Shown here one piece after another: positions 11,129 through 20,973 of a stretch of DNA of 64,000 nt. The DNA comes from an uncultured Microthrixaceae bacterium. Lineage in GTDB: Bacteria; Actinomycetota; Acidimicrobiia; Acidimicrobiales; VFJN01. Location of the stretch: assembly GCA_963795165.1 (NCBI GenBank), contig CAWCGT010000001.1, positions 1,538,048-1,602,047 of the forward strand, given 5' to 3'. The translations under genes and the position numbers were made by a program. The notes under the pieces were generated by a model that made no database searches, had not been told where the DNA came from, and worked only from the letters and a program-made list of their open reading frames with translations. Numbering within the stretch: the first letter of the stretch is position 1; each line of letters opens with the position of its first letter.

Positions 11129-12115
11129 GTGTTCAGGCTCAGGTTCGACATGCGGGCCCCCGGGAGCTCGCCCGAGGAGGTCGCCCGGCTCTACGAGACC
11201 GCGCTGGAGATGGCGGCGTGGGCCGACGACAAGGGCTGCCAGGCCATCGCCATCTCAGAGCACCACGCCTCCGAGGACGGGTACCTCCCGTCTCCCCTCC
11301 CCATGGCGGCCGCCGTGGCCGCCGTCACCAGCCAGACGCCGATCATGGTGACTGCCGCCCTCCTCCCGCTCTACGACCCTGTGCGGCTGGCCGAGGAGAT
11401 GATCGTCCTCGATCACCTGTCACGTGGACGCGTGATCTACGTCCTCGGCGTCGGCTACCGACCGGTGGAGTACGAGCTCCACGGCGTGGACTTCCACCGG
11501 CGGGGCAAGATCGCCGACGAGAAGCTGGCCGCGCTCCTAGAGCACCTGCGCATCGCCCACGAGGCCACCGCGACGACTCGGATCACCCCGGCGCCCTTCA
11601 CCTCGGGCGGACCGATGCTGCTGTGGGGCGGCAGCACCCCCAAGGCGGCTGAGCGGGCGGGGCGCAACGGGCTGGGCTTCCTCGCCCAGTCGGACGACCC
11701 GGCGCTGGGTGTCGCCTACGAGGCGGCCGCCCGCGCCGCCGGCCACAAGCCGGGCCTCTGCATCCTCCCCGACAGCGGCTCACCGGCCTCGGTGTTCGTG
11801 ACCGACGACGTCGAGGCGGGGTGGCGGGAGGTGGGCGACGCCCTCCTCGCCGATGCCACCGCCTACTACGCCTGGAACCAGGCGGCTGGCCTGGCCGAGC
11901 ACACCGTGTCGCTCACCAAGGGCTCCACGGTGGACGAGCTGCGCGAAGCCAACGGGTCCCACCGCGTCGTCACGGTCGCCGAGGCCGTCGCCCTCGTCCA
12001 GCGCGACGGCGCCCTGGGCCTGCAGCCCCTCTGCGGCGGCCTGTCCCCCGACGTGGCCTGGCCCTACCTCCGCCGGGTGGTGGAGGAGGTCCTCCCGGTC
12101 GTACGAGGCGGCTGA
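11129..12115 (+). CDS. LLM-class flavin-dependent oxidoreductase
   Basis: Intact 328-aa ORF with luciferase-like TIM-barrel sequence (AISEHHASEDGYLPSPL...). Confidence 0.8.
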   Translation: MFRLRFDMRAPGSSPEEVARLYETALEMAAWADDKGCQAIAISEHHASEDGYLPSPLPMAAAVAAVTSQTPIMVTAALLPLYDPVRLAEEMIVLDHLSRGRVIYVLGVGYRPVEYELHGVDFHRRGKIADEKLAALLEHLRIAHEATATTRITPAPFTSGGPMLLWGGSTPKAAERAGRNGLGFLAQSDDPALGVAYEAAARAAGHKPGLCILPDSGSPASVFVTDDVEAGWREVGDALLADATAYYAWNQAAGLAEHTVSLTKGSTVDELREANGSHRVVTVAEAVALVQRDGALGLQPLCGGLSPDVAWPYLRRVVEEVLPVVRGG

Positions 12116-12140
12116 GGCCGCCCTGAGCCCGGTGTGGTGG

Positions 12141-12214
12141 TGGAGGTGATGGGACTCGAACCCACGGCCTCTTCGATGCGACCGAAGCGCTCTAGCCAAC
12201 TGAGCTACACCCCC
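12141..12214 (-). tRNA. tRNA-Ala (anticodon CGC)
   Basis: 74-nt cloverleaf read on the minus strand: GGGGGTG acceptor with G3:U70, D arm GCTC/GAGC, anticodon loop GTCGCAT, T arm GTGGG TTCGAGT CCCAT, discriminator A. CCA is encoded at 12138-12140. Confidence 0.9.
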
Positions 12215-12261
12215 GAGGGAGCCGTCACGCTAGCGCGTGCGGCTGCGGGGCCCCTACCGGC

Positions 12262-12936
12262 TCAGCTGCCGTAGCGGCGGACGGCCAGCTGCGGCGGGAC
12301 CTGCCGACGGGCGGGGGCCTGGCTGGGCAGACGCCGCACCTTGAGGTCCTTCTCGGCCGTCTGCTGCTGCAGGCTCACCAGCATCCCCACGTAGGCCACG
12401 AAGGCCACGTCGATGAGCAGGTGGAGCATCCACACGGAGCCGCCGAGGGCGACGGCCAGGAGGAAGGACACACCGACGGCACCCAGCAGGGTGAGGAAGA
12501 CGTCGCGGCGACGGCGACGGACCTCGGCCCGGCGCAGGGCGGCGTGGGAGGCGGCCGGACGGCGCTGCGGTGCACGACCGGCCAGCTGGGCCACGTTGCC
12601 CCTCGGGTCGTAGCGGGGGGCGTCGTAGCGACCCACGTCGAGGCGGGCCAGGTTGCTGCGCCGGGCGCCAGGGGTGGTGCGCTCCAGGACGCTGAGCTGC
12701 TGGCGGAACGAGGCGATGGAGTCGCCAGGGCGGCTCTCCCGCCGCGTCTGCAGGTAGGGAGGGATCAACACGAAGCCCCAGATGAGGCCCAGGATCATGA
12801 GTACCAGCACGGTGGTCACGCTCCGTAGCCGTCCTTTGCGCTTTGAGGAACGTACCTGGCGCCGTGGTGGCATCGGTGGATGCTCGGCAGCCCGGTCGAT
12901 CCGGCGGTTTCGGTCACTTGCGGTCAGGCCGTCCAT
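12262..12936 (-). CDS. conserved three-TM membrane protein (possible GlpR/SepX-like)
   Basis: 224-aa ORF. One N-terminal TM (VTTVLVLMILGLIWGFVLIPPYL), an Arg/Pro-rich low-complexity linker, and two C-terminal TMs (VFLTLLGAVGVSFLLAVALGG, VWMLHLLIDVAFVAYVGMLVSL). The family call rests on synteny only. Confidence 0.6.
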   Translation of the reverse strand: MDGLTASDRNRRIDRAAEHPPMPPRRQVRSSKRKGRLRSVTTVLVLMILGLIWGFVLIPPYLQTRRESRPGDSIASFRQQLSVLERTTPGARRSNLARLDVGRYDAPRYDPRGNVAQLAGRAPQRRPAASHAALRRAEVRRRRRDVFLTLLGAVGVSFLLAVALGGSVWMLHLLIDVAFVAYVGMLVSLQQQTAEKDLKVRRLPSQAPARRQVPPQLAVRRYGS

Positions 12937-13025
12937 GACGGGCGGCGATCGAACGTTACGGTTGTACTACGAACCTACGACGATCGCCACCAGAACTGCA
13001 AACTTCTGCAAGCACCCAGCAAGCG

Positions 13026-13532
<507 letters not shown>

Positions 13533-13555
13533 GGGCGGGAGTCTAGTGACCCCCC

Positions 13556-14563
13556 TCAGCCGCCGATCTGGCTCATGCTGCGGCGAGGCCGAACGAACTG
13601 GACCTGGTTGATGGCGTGGCCCGCCCACTTGGCGCCGACACAGGCCTCGATGGCGTCCGAGAGGTCGTCGTCGGTGCCGCCGCTGCGAAGGACGGATCGC
13701 AGATCGTGGTCCTCCAAGGCGAAGAGGCAGCTGCGCAGCTGGCCGTCGGCCGTGAGGCGGATCCGGTCGCACTGCTCGCAGAACGGGCGGGTGACGCTGG
13801 GGATCACCCCCACCTCACCGCCGCCGTCGAGATAGCGGAAGCGCTCGGCCGGCTCGCTCCCGCGCTGGACCGCCTCCAGCGGGAAGACGGCCGCGATCCG
13901 CTGGAGGATCTCCGCCTGGGTGACCACCTGGTCGTTGGTCCAGCTGCCGTCGGCCTCCAGGGGCATCCACTCGATGAAGCGCACCGTCACCCCCCGGTCA
14001 CGGCCGTAGCGGGCCAGGTCGACGATCTCGTCGTCGTTGACGCCCCGCACCACCACCACGTTCACCTTCACCGGGTGCAACCCCGCTGCCACAGCGGCGT
14101 CGATGCCGTCGAGGACGTCCTGGAGCTGGTCGCGCCGGGTGAGGGCGGCGAAGCGCTCGGGGCGGAGCGAGTCGAGGGAGACGTTGACCCGGCGGAGGCC
14201 GGCGCCCGCCAGGCCCGGGGCCACCGTGGCCAAGGTGGCGCCGTTGGTGGTGAGGGCCAGGTCGACGGGCAGCACGGCCAGCTTCGCCACGAGCGTCGGG
14301 AGGTGGGCTCGCACGGTGGGCTCGCCGCCGGTGAGGCGGATGGCGTCGATGCCGTGGCGCTCCACCAGCACCCGCGCCACCCGGCCCAGCTCCTCGAAGG
14401 TGAGCACCTCGTCTCTCGGGAGCCACGTCATGCCCTCTTCCGGCATGCAGTAGGTGCAGCGAAAGTTGCAGCGGTCCGTCACCGAGATCCGCAGATCGCG
14501 GTGCACCCGCCCGAACCCGTCGACCAGCGGCCGGGGCACCTCGCGCTCGTGGACAGCGGTCAT
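13556..14563 (-). CDS. moaA: GTP 3',8-cyclase MoaA (radical SAM)
   Basis: ATG 14563 (MTAVHEREVPRPLVDGFGR...); 335 aa. Radical-SAM cluster motif CNFRCTYC and C-terminal CEQCDRIRLTADG. It is only the last 335 aa of the 834-aa track ORF 13556..16060(-). Confidence 0.9.
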   Translation of the reverse strand: MTAVHEREVPRPLVDGFGRVHRDLRISVTDRCNFRCTYCMPEEGMTWLPRDEVLTFEELGRVARVLVERHGIDAIRLTGGEPTVRAHLPTLVAKLAVLPVDLALTTNGATLATVAPGLAGAGLRRVNVSLDSLRPERFAALTRRDQLQDVLDGIDAAVAAGLHPVKVNVVVVRGVNDDEIVDLARYGRDRGVTVRFIEWMPLEADGSWTNDQVVTQAEILQRIAAVFPLEAVQRGSEPAERFRYLDGGGEVGVIPSVTRPFCEQCDRIRLTADGQLRSCLFALEDHDLRSVLRSGGTDDDLSDAIEACVGAKWAGHAINQVQFVRPRRSMSQIGG

Positions 14564-14589
14564 CGTCCGCCAGGCTACGACCGGCCACC

Positions 14590-14727
14590 TCCCACCCCCG
14601 CAACTTGTGGCGAATCCGATCCGTTTCCGCACGAAATCGCCACAAGCTGGGAGCGCGGCGTCCCACCCCCCGCAACTTGTGATGACGACGTGCCGTTTCG
14701 GCACGGATTCGCCACAAGCTGCGGGGG
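14590..14727. repeat. two tandem ~71-bp hairpin-forming repeat units between moeA and moaA
   Basis: Unit 1 starts at 14590 and unit 2 at 14661. Each begins TCCCACCCC(C)CGCAACTTGTG and ends TCGCCACAAGCTG, with a central CCGTTTC. The arms CAACTTGTG(GCGA) and (TCGC)CACAAGCTG are inverted repeats with one mismatch. Unit 2 also contains a perfect inner hairpin CGTGCCG-TTT-CGGCACG (14689-14705). Confidence 0.75.
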
Positions 14728-14745
14728 TTGTCGCGGTGGGCGGGG

Positions 14746-15975
14746 TCAGACGTGGGTGCGGAGGAGGACGTGGACGGGGGTGCCCTGCGTGACGCCGTCG
14801 CCGTCGGGGAGCGGGAGCAGGCCGTGGGCCCGGGCCATGGCGGTGAGGTGGTGGGAGCCCTGGCCGCCGGCGGAGCGGACCAGCAGCTGGCCGTCGGCGT
14901 CCCGCTCGGCTCGCACTCGCACGAAGTGGACCTTCCCGTCGGGCCGTCGGGGGAAGTCCTCCGCCGTCACCGCCGGGATCGCCGGCCGCAGCAGGTCGGT
15001 GTGGCCGGCCATGCGCCGCAGCGCCGGCCGGGCCAGGAGCTCGAAGCTGACGAGCGACGACACCGGGTTGCCGGGCAGGCCGAACACCGGAGCGGACCGT
15101 GGGCCGACCAGCCCGAAGGCGAAGGGCTTGGCCGGGCGGATGGCGATCTGCATCCACCGCATGTCGCCCAGCCGATCGAGCACCACCTTCACGAGATCGA
15201 TGTCGCCCATCGAGACGCCGCCGCTGGTGAGCACCGCATGGCACTCGGCCACGCCCTGGGTGATGGCGGCGGCGATGGCGCCCTCGTCGTCGGGGATCAG
15301 GCCGAGGTCGACCGGGGTCCACCCCTCCTCGGCGACGAGGGCGAGCAGCGCCGCCCGGTTGGCGTCGCGGATCTGGCCCGGGCCGAGCGGCCGGCCGTCG
15401 CCCACCAGCTCGTCGCCGGTGGACAGCACCCCGACCCGCAGCCGGGGGTGCACCAGCGCCTCGGTGCAGCCGATGCCCGTCAGCACCCCCAGGTGACCAG
15501 GGCCGAGGACCTCGCCGGCGGCGAAGACAGCATCGCCCGCCCGGAGGTCGTCGCCGGCCGCCCGCACCGCTTCCCCCGCCGGGACCTCGGCGCGGATCGC
15601 CACACGGCGGCCGTCGTCGAGGCGCTCGGTGCGCTCCACCATCACCACCGCATCGGCGCCGGAAGGCATCGGAGCCCCGGTGAAGATCCGCATGGCCTCC
15701 CCGGCCTGGAGCGGGCGGTCGGCCGGGTGCCCGGCCGCCACCTCGGCCACAACCGGGAGCTCCACCGGGGCATCGGCGCTGGCACCAGCGACGTCGGCCG
15801 CCCGCACGGCGTACCCGTCCATGGCCGTGTTGGCGAAGGGTGGCACGTCCTCCGGCGAGGTGACGCCCTCGGCCAGCACGCACCCTCGGGCGTCGGCCAC
15901 GGCCACCCGCTCCGGCGGAAGCGGAGCCACCCGTTCGAGCACATGGCCCCGAGCGTCCTCCAGCGGCAGCAGCAC
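14746..15975 (-). CDS. moeA: molybdopterin molybdotransferase MoeA (gephyrin-like)
   Basis: 409-aa ORF with a GTG start at 15975. MoeA hallmarks include PPFANTAMDGYAV and SGGVSMGDIDLVK. Confidence 0.9.
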   Translation of the reverse strand: MLLPLEDARGHVLERVAPLPPERVAVADARGCVLAEGVTSPEDVPPFANTAMDGYAVRAADVAGASADAPVELPVVAEVAAGHPADRPLQAGEAMRIFTGAPMPSGADAVVMVERTERLDDGRRVAIRAEVPAGEAVRAAGDDLRAGDAVFAAGEVLGPGHLGVLTGIGCTEALVHPRLRVGVLSTGDELVGDGRPLGPGQIRDANRAALLALVAEEGWTPVDLGLIPDDEGAIAAAITQGVAECHAVLTSGGVSMGDIDLVKVVLDRLGDMRWMQIAIRPAKPFAFGLVGPRSAPVFGLPGNPVSSLVSFELLARPALRRMAGHTDLLRPAIPAVTAEDFPRRPDGKVHFVRVRAERDADGQLLVRSAGGQGSHHLTAMARAHGLLPLPDGDGVTQGTPVHVLLRTHV

Positions 15976-16011
15976 CCGGAGAGCCTACGAGCCGCCGACC
16001 CCCGACCGACC

Positions 16012-16110
16012 CGAGGCAATGACTGCCACCTCGGCGAGGTCGAGTCCTCCACTGCCGCATGTGGCAGTCATCGCCTCGAGACGACCAGAACGGCAGTCAT
16101 TGCCTCGAGC
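16012..16110. repeat. three copies (one inverted) of a 16-19-bp element between galU and moeA
   Basis: CGAGGCAATGACTGCCAC (16012-16029) is the reverse complement of GTGGCAGTCATCGCCTCG (16061-16078, 17/18). It also matches GGCAGTCATTGCCTCG (16092-16107, 16/16). The latter two are direct repeats 30 bp apart, each followed by AG. A G-rich box CCGGGGTGGGG follows at 16110-16120. Confidence 0.75.
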
Positions 16111-16120
16111 CGGGGTGGGG

Positions 16121-17008
16121 TCAGGCGATGCCCTGGGCGCGGACGTAGGTGGCCAGCCAGGCGCGGAACTCCGGGCCGAGGTCGTCTCGGGCCAGGGCCA
16201 GCTCCACGGTGGCCCGCAGGTAGTCGAGCTTGCTGCCGATGTCGTAGCGGCCCTCGTCGAAGGTGTAGCCGTAGACCTCGAGCTCGGGCAGGAGCCCCCC
16301 GATCGCATCGGTGAGCTGGATCTCCCCCCCGGCCCCCGGCTTGGTGCGGTCGATCGACTCGAAGATGTCGGCGGTGAACACGTAGCGGCCCATCACCCCC
16401 CATCCGGACGGGGCGTCAGCCGGCTTCGGCTTCTCCACGATGCCGTGCACGGGCAGCAGCCGGGGGGCCACCTCCTCACCGTGGGCGATGCTGCCGTAGA
16501 GGCTGATCTCCTCCGGCGGGAACTGCTTGCAGGCGATGACGGCGGCCGCTCCCCGCTGCTGGTGGGCCTCGATCATCTCCACCAGGACAGTGGAGTGCTC
16601 GTCCATGATGTCGTCGCCCAGCATCACGGCGAAGGGCTGGTCGCCCACGTGCTTGCGGCCCATCGCCACCGCGTGCCCCAGCCCCAGCGCCTCGCCCTGG
16701 CGGACGTAGTGGATGTCGGCCAGGCCGGCGAGATCGAGCACCTCGGCCAGCAGCGAGTCCTTGCCCTTGGCGTGGAGCTCGGCCTCCAGCTCGGCGTTGC
16801 GGTCGAAGTGGTCCTCGATGGCCTTCTTGCCCCGCCCGGTGATGATCAGGATGTCGTCGATCCCCGAGCGCACCGCCTCCTCCACCACGTACTGGATGGC
16901 CGGCTTGTCGACGACCGGCAGCATCTCCTTGGGCTGGGCCTTGGTGGCGGGGAGGAACCGGGTGCCCAGCCCGGCAGCGGGGATGACAGCCTTGCGGACG
17001 GCGCTCAT
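16121..17008 (-). CDS. galU: UTP--glucose-1-phosphate uridylyltransferase GalU
   Basis: 295-aa ORF. N-terminal nucleotide-binding motif IPAAGLGTRFLPATKAQPKEMLPVVDKP. Confidence 0.9.
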   Translation of the reverse strand: MSAVRKAVIPAAGLGTRFLPATKAQPKEMLPVVDKPAIQYVVEEAVRSGIDDILIITGRGKKAIEDHFDRNAELEAELHAKGKDSLLAEVLDLAGLADIHYVRQGEALGLGHAVAMGRKHVGDQPFAVMLGDDIMDEHSTVLVEMIEAHQQRGAAAVIACKQFPPEEISLYGSIAHGEEVAPRLLPVHGIVEKPKPADAPSGWGVMGRYVFTADIFESIDRTKPGAGGEIQLTDAIGGLLPELEVYGYTFDEGRYDIGSKLDYLRATVELALARDDLGPEFRAWLATYVRAQGIA

Positions 17009-17610
17009 CCCTCGTTTCTACTTGCTCCCTCCCGGGACAACGAGCGCTCCTCCCCTCGACGGAGGCGCCCCAGGTTCTCGCGGTGGCGCGCCACCACCAG
17101 CAGCCCGCCGGCCGCGAAGGCCACCACCTCCCCTGCCGGCCGCCCAGCCAGGGCGGCCCCGGCAGGGAGCCCGAGCGCCACCACGAGCGACCCGGCCGAT
17201 GCTGCGCCGGCCACCCGTACGGCCACCAGCCACAGCGCGGCCAGCACCACGGCCGGCCCGGGAAGCAGCACCAGGGCCATGCCGGCCCCGGTGGCCACCC
17301 CCTTGCCCCCACGGCCGCCTCGGGTCACCGGCACCACGTGGCCCACCACGGCGGCCAGCCCGCAGGCCACCCCCACGGCCCGGTTGCCGGTGGCAAGACC
17401 CCCGGCTGCGGCCAGGACGCCCTTGGCCAGATCACCGAGCAGGACGGCAGCTCCGGCCCGGCGGCCCAGCGTCCGGTAGGCGTTCGAGGCCCCGGGGTTG
17501 CCGGAGCCCTCGGTCGTGAGGTCGCGCCCCAGCCGGCGCCCCACCAGGGCGGCGGTGGGGAAGGTGCCCAGCAGGTAGGCGGGCAGCACCAGCAGCCAGG
17601 CGACGTCCAC
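17005..17610 (-). CDS. plsY: glycerol-3-phosphate acyltransferase PlsY
   Basis: 201-aa polytopic ORF with the PlsY motif GSGNPGASN. Its stop overlaps the galU start by 4 nt. Confidence 0.85.
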   Translation of the reverse strand: MDVAWLLVLPAYLLGTFPTAALVGRRLGRDLTTEGSGNPGASNAYRTLGRRAGAAVLLGDLAKGVLAAAGGLATGNRAVGVACGLAAVVGHVVPVTRGGRGGKGVATGAGMALVLLPGPAVVLAALWLVAVRVAGAASAGSLVVALGLPAGAALAGRPAGEVVAFAAGGLLVVARHRENLGRLRRGEERSLSREGASRNEG

Positions 17611-17704
17611 CCCGTGACCCTACGGGCGGCCGTGGCGTGCGGGCCGGGACGGCCGGCCGCTACCCTGGCACTCTCCACGTTCGAGTGCTAACGGAGGACG
17701 GAGC

Positions 17705-18058
17705 GTGCCCACCTACGAGTACCGGTGCAAGGCCTGCGGCGACGAGCTCGAGGTCGTGCAGTCGTTCACCGACGACGCCCTCACCACCTGCGACGCCTGC
17801 GGCGGCGACCTGCGCAAGGTGTTCGGGAACGTCGGCATCGCCTTCAAGGGCAGCGGGTTCTACAAGAACGACAGCCGAGGCAAGACCAAGGCCGCGTCGA
17901 GCACCTCGAGCGGCGACAACGGCTCCAGCGGGTCCGACACCGCCAGCCCCAGCACCACCACGGGCGACAAGGCGGCCAGCACCAACGGATCGAGCTCTGG
18001 CGGCTCCACGGAGACCAAGAAGGCCAAGCCCGCCGCCACCCCCGCCTCGGGCACCTGA
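17705..18058 (+). CDS. FmdB-family zinc-ribbon protein with Ser/Thr/Gly-rich tail
   Basis: GTG start at 17705 with GGAGGA 8 nt upstream. MPTYEYRCKACGDELEV...CDACGG (CxxC...CxxC), then a low-complexity tail. Confidence 0.8.
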   Translation: MPTYEYRCKACGDELEVVQSFTDDALTTCDACGGDLRKVFGNVGIAFKGSGFYKNDSRGKTKAASSTSSGDNGSSGSDTASPSTTTGDKAASTNGSSSGGSTETKKAKPAATPASGT

Positions 18059-18136
18059 CCCTTCCCGACGGCCGAGGCCGCCACTAGCGTCAGGCCCGGC
18101 TTCCCCGCTCGCCGCTCCATCCCAGGAGGCGCGCCC

Positions 18137-18782
18137 ATGCGCCGGAAGCCGCTGCACCGCCGTCCCGGCATGGCCCTGACCCTGCGCCGTCGGCCTCGCC
18201 TCCGGGCCGCCGTGGCCAGCGCGGTGGCCGTGCTCACGGGCGCGGCCGTGGCCATCACCGCCAACCAGGCCGAGCAGACCCGGGCGGCGTGGGGTCGACG
18301 AACCGCCGTGGTGGTCGCCGTCGCGCGACGTCGAGGCCGGGGAGGTGCTCGAGCCCGGCGACGTTCGACTGGTCGACCATCCCGGCCCGCTCGTGCCGGC
18401 CGGGGCCCTCACGGGGCTCCCCGACGGCGTCCGCCTGGCCCACCCGGTGTTCGCCGGGGAGGTGGTGCACGAAGGGCGGCTGGCCCCGGCCGCCACGTCG
18501 GCGGCGGCGGCCCGGCTGCCTGCCGGCACGCGTGCGGTGGCCGTCCCGAGGGAGCCTGCCACCACCCCACCACTCGAGGTGGGCGACCGCGTCGACGTCC
18601 TGGTGGCACTGGGTCCGGAGGCGGCCGGGACCGGCGCCCCCGGCTTCGCCCTGACCACCAACGCGATGGTGGTCGACGTGGCCGAGGCGGCCGTCACCGT
18701 GGCCGTGCCCCGCGATGCCGCGCCGCGGCTGGCGGTCGCCCTCACCCAGGGCGCCGTCCTGCTGGCGCTCACCGTGGGCTGA
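18137..18782 (+). pseudogene. SAF-domain protein, one +1 break (~18320-18329)
   Basis: The N-terminal TM/anchor is in track ORF 18137..18847 (MRRKPLHRRPGMALTL...AWGRRTAVVVAV). The SAF-like remainder is in 18345..18782 (RDVEAGEVLEPGDVRLVDHP...LTQGAVLLALTVG). Confidence 0.6.
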
Positions 18783-18791
18783 CGGCGAGCC

Positions 18792-19610
18792 TCAGCGGAC
18801 GGCGTAGAGCACCAGCACGCCCACGCCGAGCACCACCCGGTAGATGACGAAGGGGGCGAAGGACCGGGTCCGGATCAGCCGCAGGGTCCCCCACACGGCC
18901 AGCCAACCGGTGAGGCCCGAGGCGACGATGCCCCATGCGAAGGGGGCATGGAACCCGTCGGGGATGCCTCCTTCGCTGGCGGCGTCGAGAGCCTTGAAGA
19001 CGAGCGCCCCGGCGGTGATGGGAAGGCTCATCAGGAAGGCGAAGCGGGCGGCGCCGTCGCGCCCCAGACCCACCAGGCGTCCCGCGGTCATGGTGACGCC
19101 GGAGCGTGAGACGCCGGGCTGCAGGGCCACGGCCTGTCCGGCGCCCATGAGCAGGGCGTCGCGCAGCCGGATGTCCTCCACCCGGCGCACACCCGGCCGC
19201 CGGTCGGCCCAGGCCAGCACCAGCCCGAACACGATGAGCATGGTGGCGATGAGCCAGATGTAGCCGGTGCGCTCCTCGATGACGTCGGCGAAGAGGGCAC
19301 CGGTGACGGCCGCGGGGATGGTCGACACGACCAGCAGCCAGGCCAGGCGCCCGTCGTCGGTGCCTCGTCCAGCCCGGGTGAGGCCGGCCCGCGCGTAGCG
19401 GACGACATCCCGGCGGAAGTAGGCCACTGCGCCCACCAGCGTCCCCAGGTGGAGGGCCACGTCGAAGGTCTTCTCCAAGGACTCCTGACCGGCGAAGTCG
19501 TCCCAACCGAACAGCCACGGCACCAGCCGCAGGTGGCCGCTGGAGGAGATGGGCAGGAACTCCGAGAGGCCCTGGGTGATGCCCAGGACGATGGCGTGGA
19601 GGATCGGCAC
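18792..19610 (-). CDS. uppP: undecaprenyl-diphosphate phosphatase UppP (BacA)
   Basis: 272-aa polytopic ORF. Motifs GITQGLSEFLPISSSGH and PGVSRSGVTMTAG. Confidence 0.9.
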   Translation of the reverse strand: MPILHAIVLGITQGLSEFLPISSSGHLRLVPWLFGWDDFAGQESLEKTFDVALHLGTLVGAVAYFRRDVVRYARAGLTRAGRGTDDGRLAWLLVVSTIPAAVTGALFADVIEERTGYIWLIATMLIVFGLVLAWADRRPGVRRVEDIRLRDALLMGAGQAVALQPGVSRSGVTMTAGRLVGLGRDGAARFAFLMSLPITAGALVFKALDAASEGGIPDGFHAPFAWGIVASGLTGWLAVWGTLRLIRTRSFAPFVIYRVVLGVGVLVLYAVR

Positions 19611-19616
19611 GCTCGG

Positions 19617-20973
19617 CTAGGCGCCCGAGAGGGCGATGTCGGGGATCACGAGCGTGACGCCCCCGGTGCCGTCGGGCAGCCACTCGAGGTCGGCTCCCAC
19701 CGCGGAGATGTCGAGCAGCAGCCGCTGGAGGGTGGAGGCGATGGTGGCCTCCCGGATGGGCTCAGCCAGCTCGCCTCCCTTGACCATGAGACCCTCCACC
19801 CCGACGGAGAAGTCGCCGGACACCGGGTTCACCCCGGAGTGCAGCCCGGCCATCGACGTGACGAACAGGCCGTGCTCCACGGCGCCGAGCACCTCCTCGT
19901 GGGTGCCCGCCCCTGGCGCAACGGCCAGCGCAGCGGCTGACACGCCTGGGGTGGAGGCCACCCCGCGCTCAGCCGACCCGGTGGAGGCGGTGCCCGACCT
20001 CCGCCCGGTGTACGTGTTGTGCAGGAAGCCCTGCAGGACGCCGTCGACCACCAGCTCGTTGCGGCGACGGGCCAGCCCCTCCCCGTCGTGGGACTCGGCG
20101 CCCAGGGAACGGGGGTCGGTGGGGTCGTCGATGAAGGTGAGCAGCTCGGATGCCACCTGCTCCCCCACCCGACCGGCGAAGGGCGACCGCCCCTTCAGGA
20201 CGGCCTCGCCGCTGAGCATGCCGCCCACCAGCCCGAGGATGGTGGCAGTCATGCGAGGCTCGAGGACCAGGGTGAGGCGCTGGGTGGACGGCTGGGAGGA
20301 GCCCAGCAGCCGGGTGGAGCGCAGCACGGCGTCGTCGGCCGCCTCGTCGATGGAGAGCTCGACTGATCTCGCGACCCACCGACAGCCCCCCGGCGATCTG
20401 GGTCTCCTCGCCCTGCCGAGCCAGGGCCTGGACCATGAGGTGGCAGGTGCCCGCCCGACCCCACGCACGGATCCCCGTGCTGGTCGCCACCGCGCCCTCC
20501 CCGAGCGAGTCGCTGAAGAGCGCCATGCGAACCCCGGTGACCCGGGGGTCGCGCCCGGTGGTGGCCTTCTCCAGCTCGAGGGCCATGGCCACCTTGTCGG
20601 CGGTGGGCACGTCGGCCAGGTGCTCGGGCCAGAGGTCGAGGTCGGCCGCCACCACGCCATCGGGCTCGGCCAGGCCGTTGAACTCGTCCGGCTCGCCGAA
20701 CGCGGCGTTGTCGCGTGCCTCGGCGAGCGCTTCGAGGACCACGGCTTCGTCGAGGGTGCCTGCATAGGCGAAGCCCTGCCGGTGGTCGACGATGACCCGC
20801 ACCCCGATGCCGGCCGAGGTGGCCTGGGTGAGGCTCTCCACCTCCCCGGCGTAGGCCCGCACCGAGGTGCTGGTGCCCCGGGCGACGAAGGCCTCGACCT
20901 GCTCGCCGGGCTCAGCCCGGTCGGCGATGCGGGCGGCGACGTCGAGCAGCTCGGGGTGGTCCGGGCTGCTCAC
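19617..20973 (-). pseudogene. pmbA: PmbA/TldE-family metalloprotease modulator, one +1 break (~20364)
   Basis: GTG 20973 overlaps the tldD stop (GTGA). The N-terminal part is in track ORF 19969..21621(-) (VSSPDHPELLDVAARIADRA...GLSVGREI). The C-terminal part is in 19617..20765(-) (VELSIDEAADDAV...VIPDIALSGA). Confidence 0.8.

Noticed and set aside
12972-13001. Putative promoter for the three-TM protein gene (minus strand TTGCAG-18 nt-TAGGTT)
   Set aside because: The hexamers and spacing are plausible, but this is a by-eye match in a short AT-richer spacer with no supporting data. It is not reported as a feature.
14564-14745. Moco riboswitch upstream of moaA
   Set aside because: The position is right for one. 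However, I could not recognise the conserved Moco-motif core, and the region is explained by two tandem hairpin repeats. The question stays open pending cmsearch with RF01055.
13556-16060. 834-aa track ORF on the minus strand, the longest in this region
   Set aside because: Only its last 335 aa (from ATG 14563) are MoaA. The upstream part reads through the repeat-filled intergenic region and an off-frame of moeA, giving Arg/Gly/Pro-rich nonsense. It is an artefact of stop-codon scarcity at 70% GC.
14590-16120. CRISPR array or integron attC sites flanking moeA
   Set aside because: There are only two or three repeat copies, no spacer-like unique inserts of regular length, no cas or intI genes, and moeA is a conserved housekeeping-neighbourhood gene.
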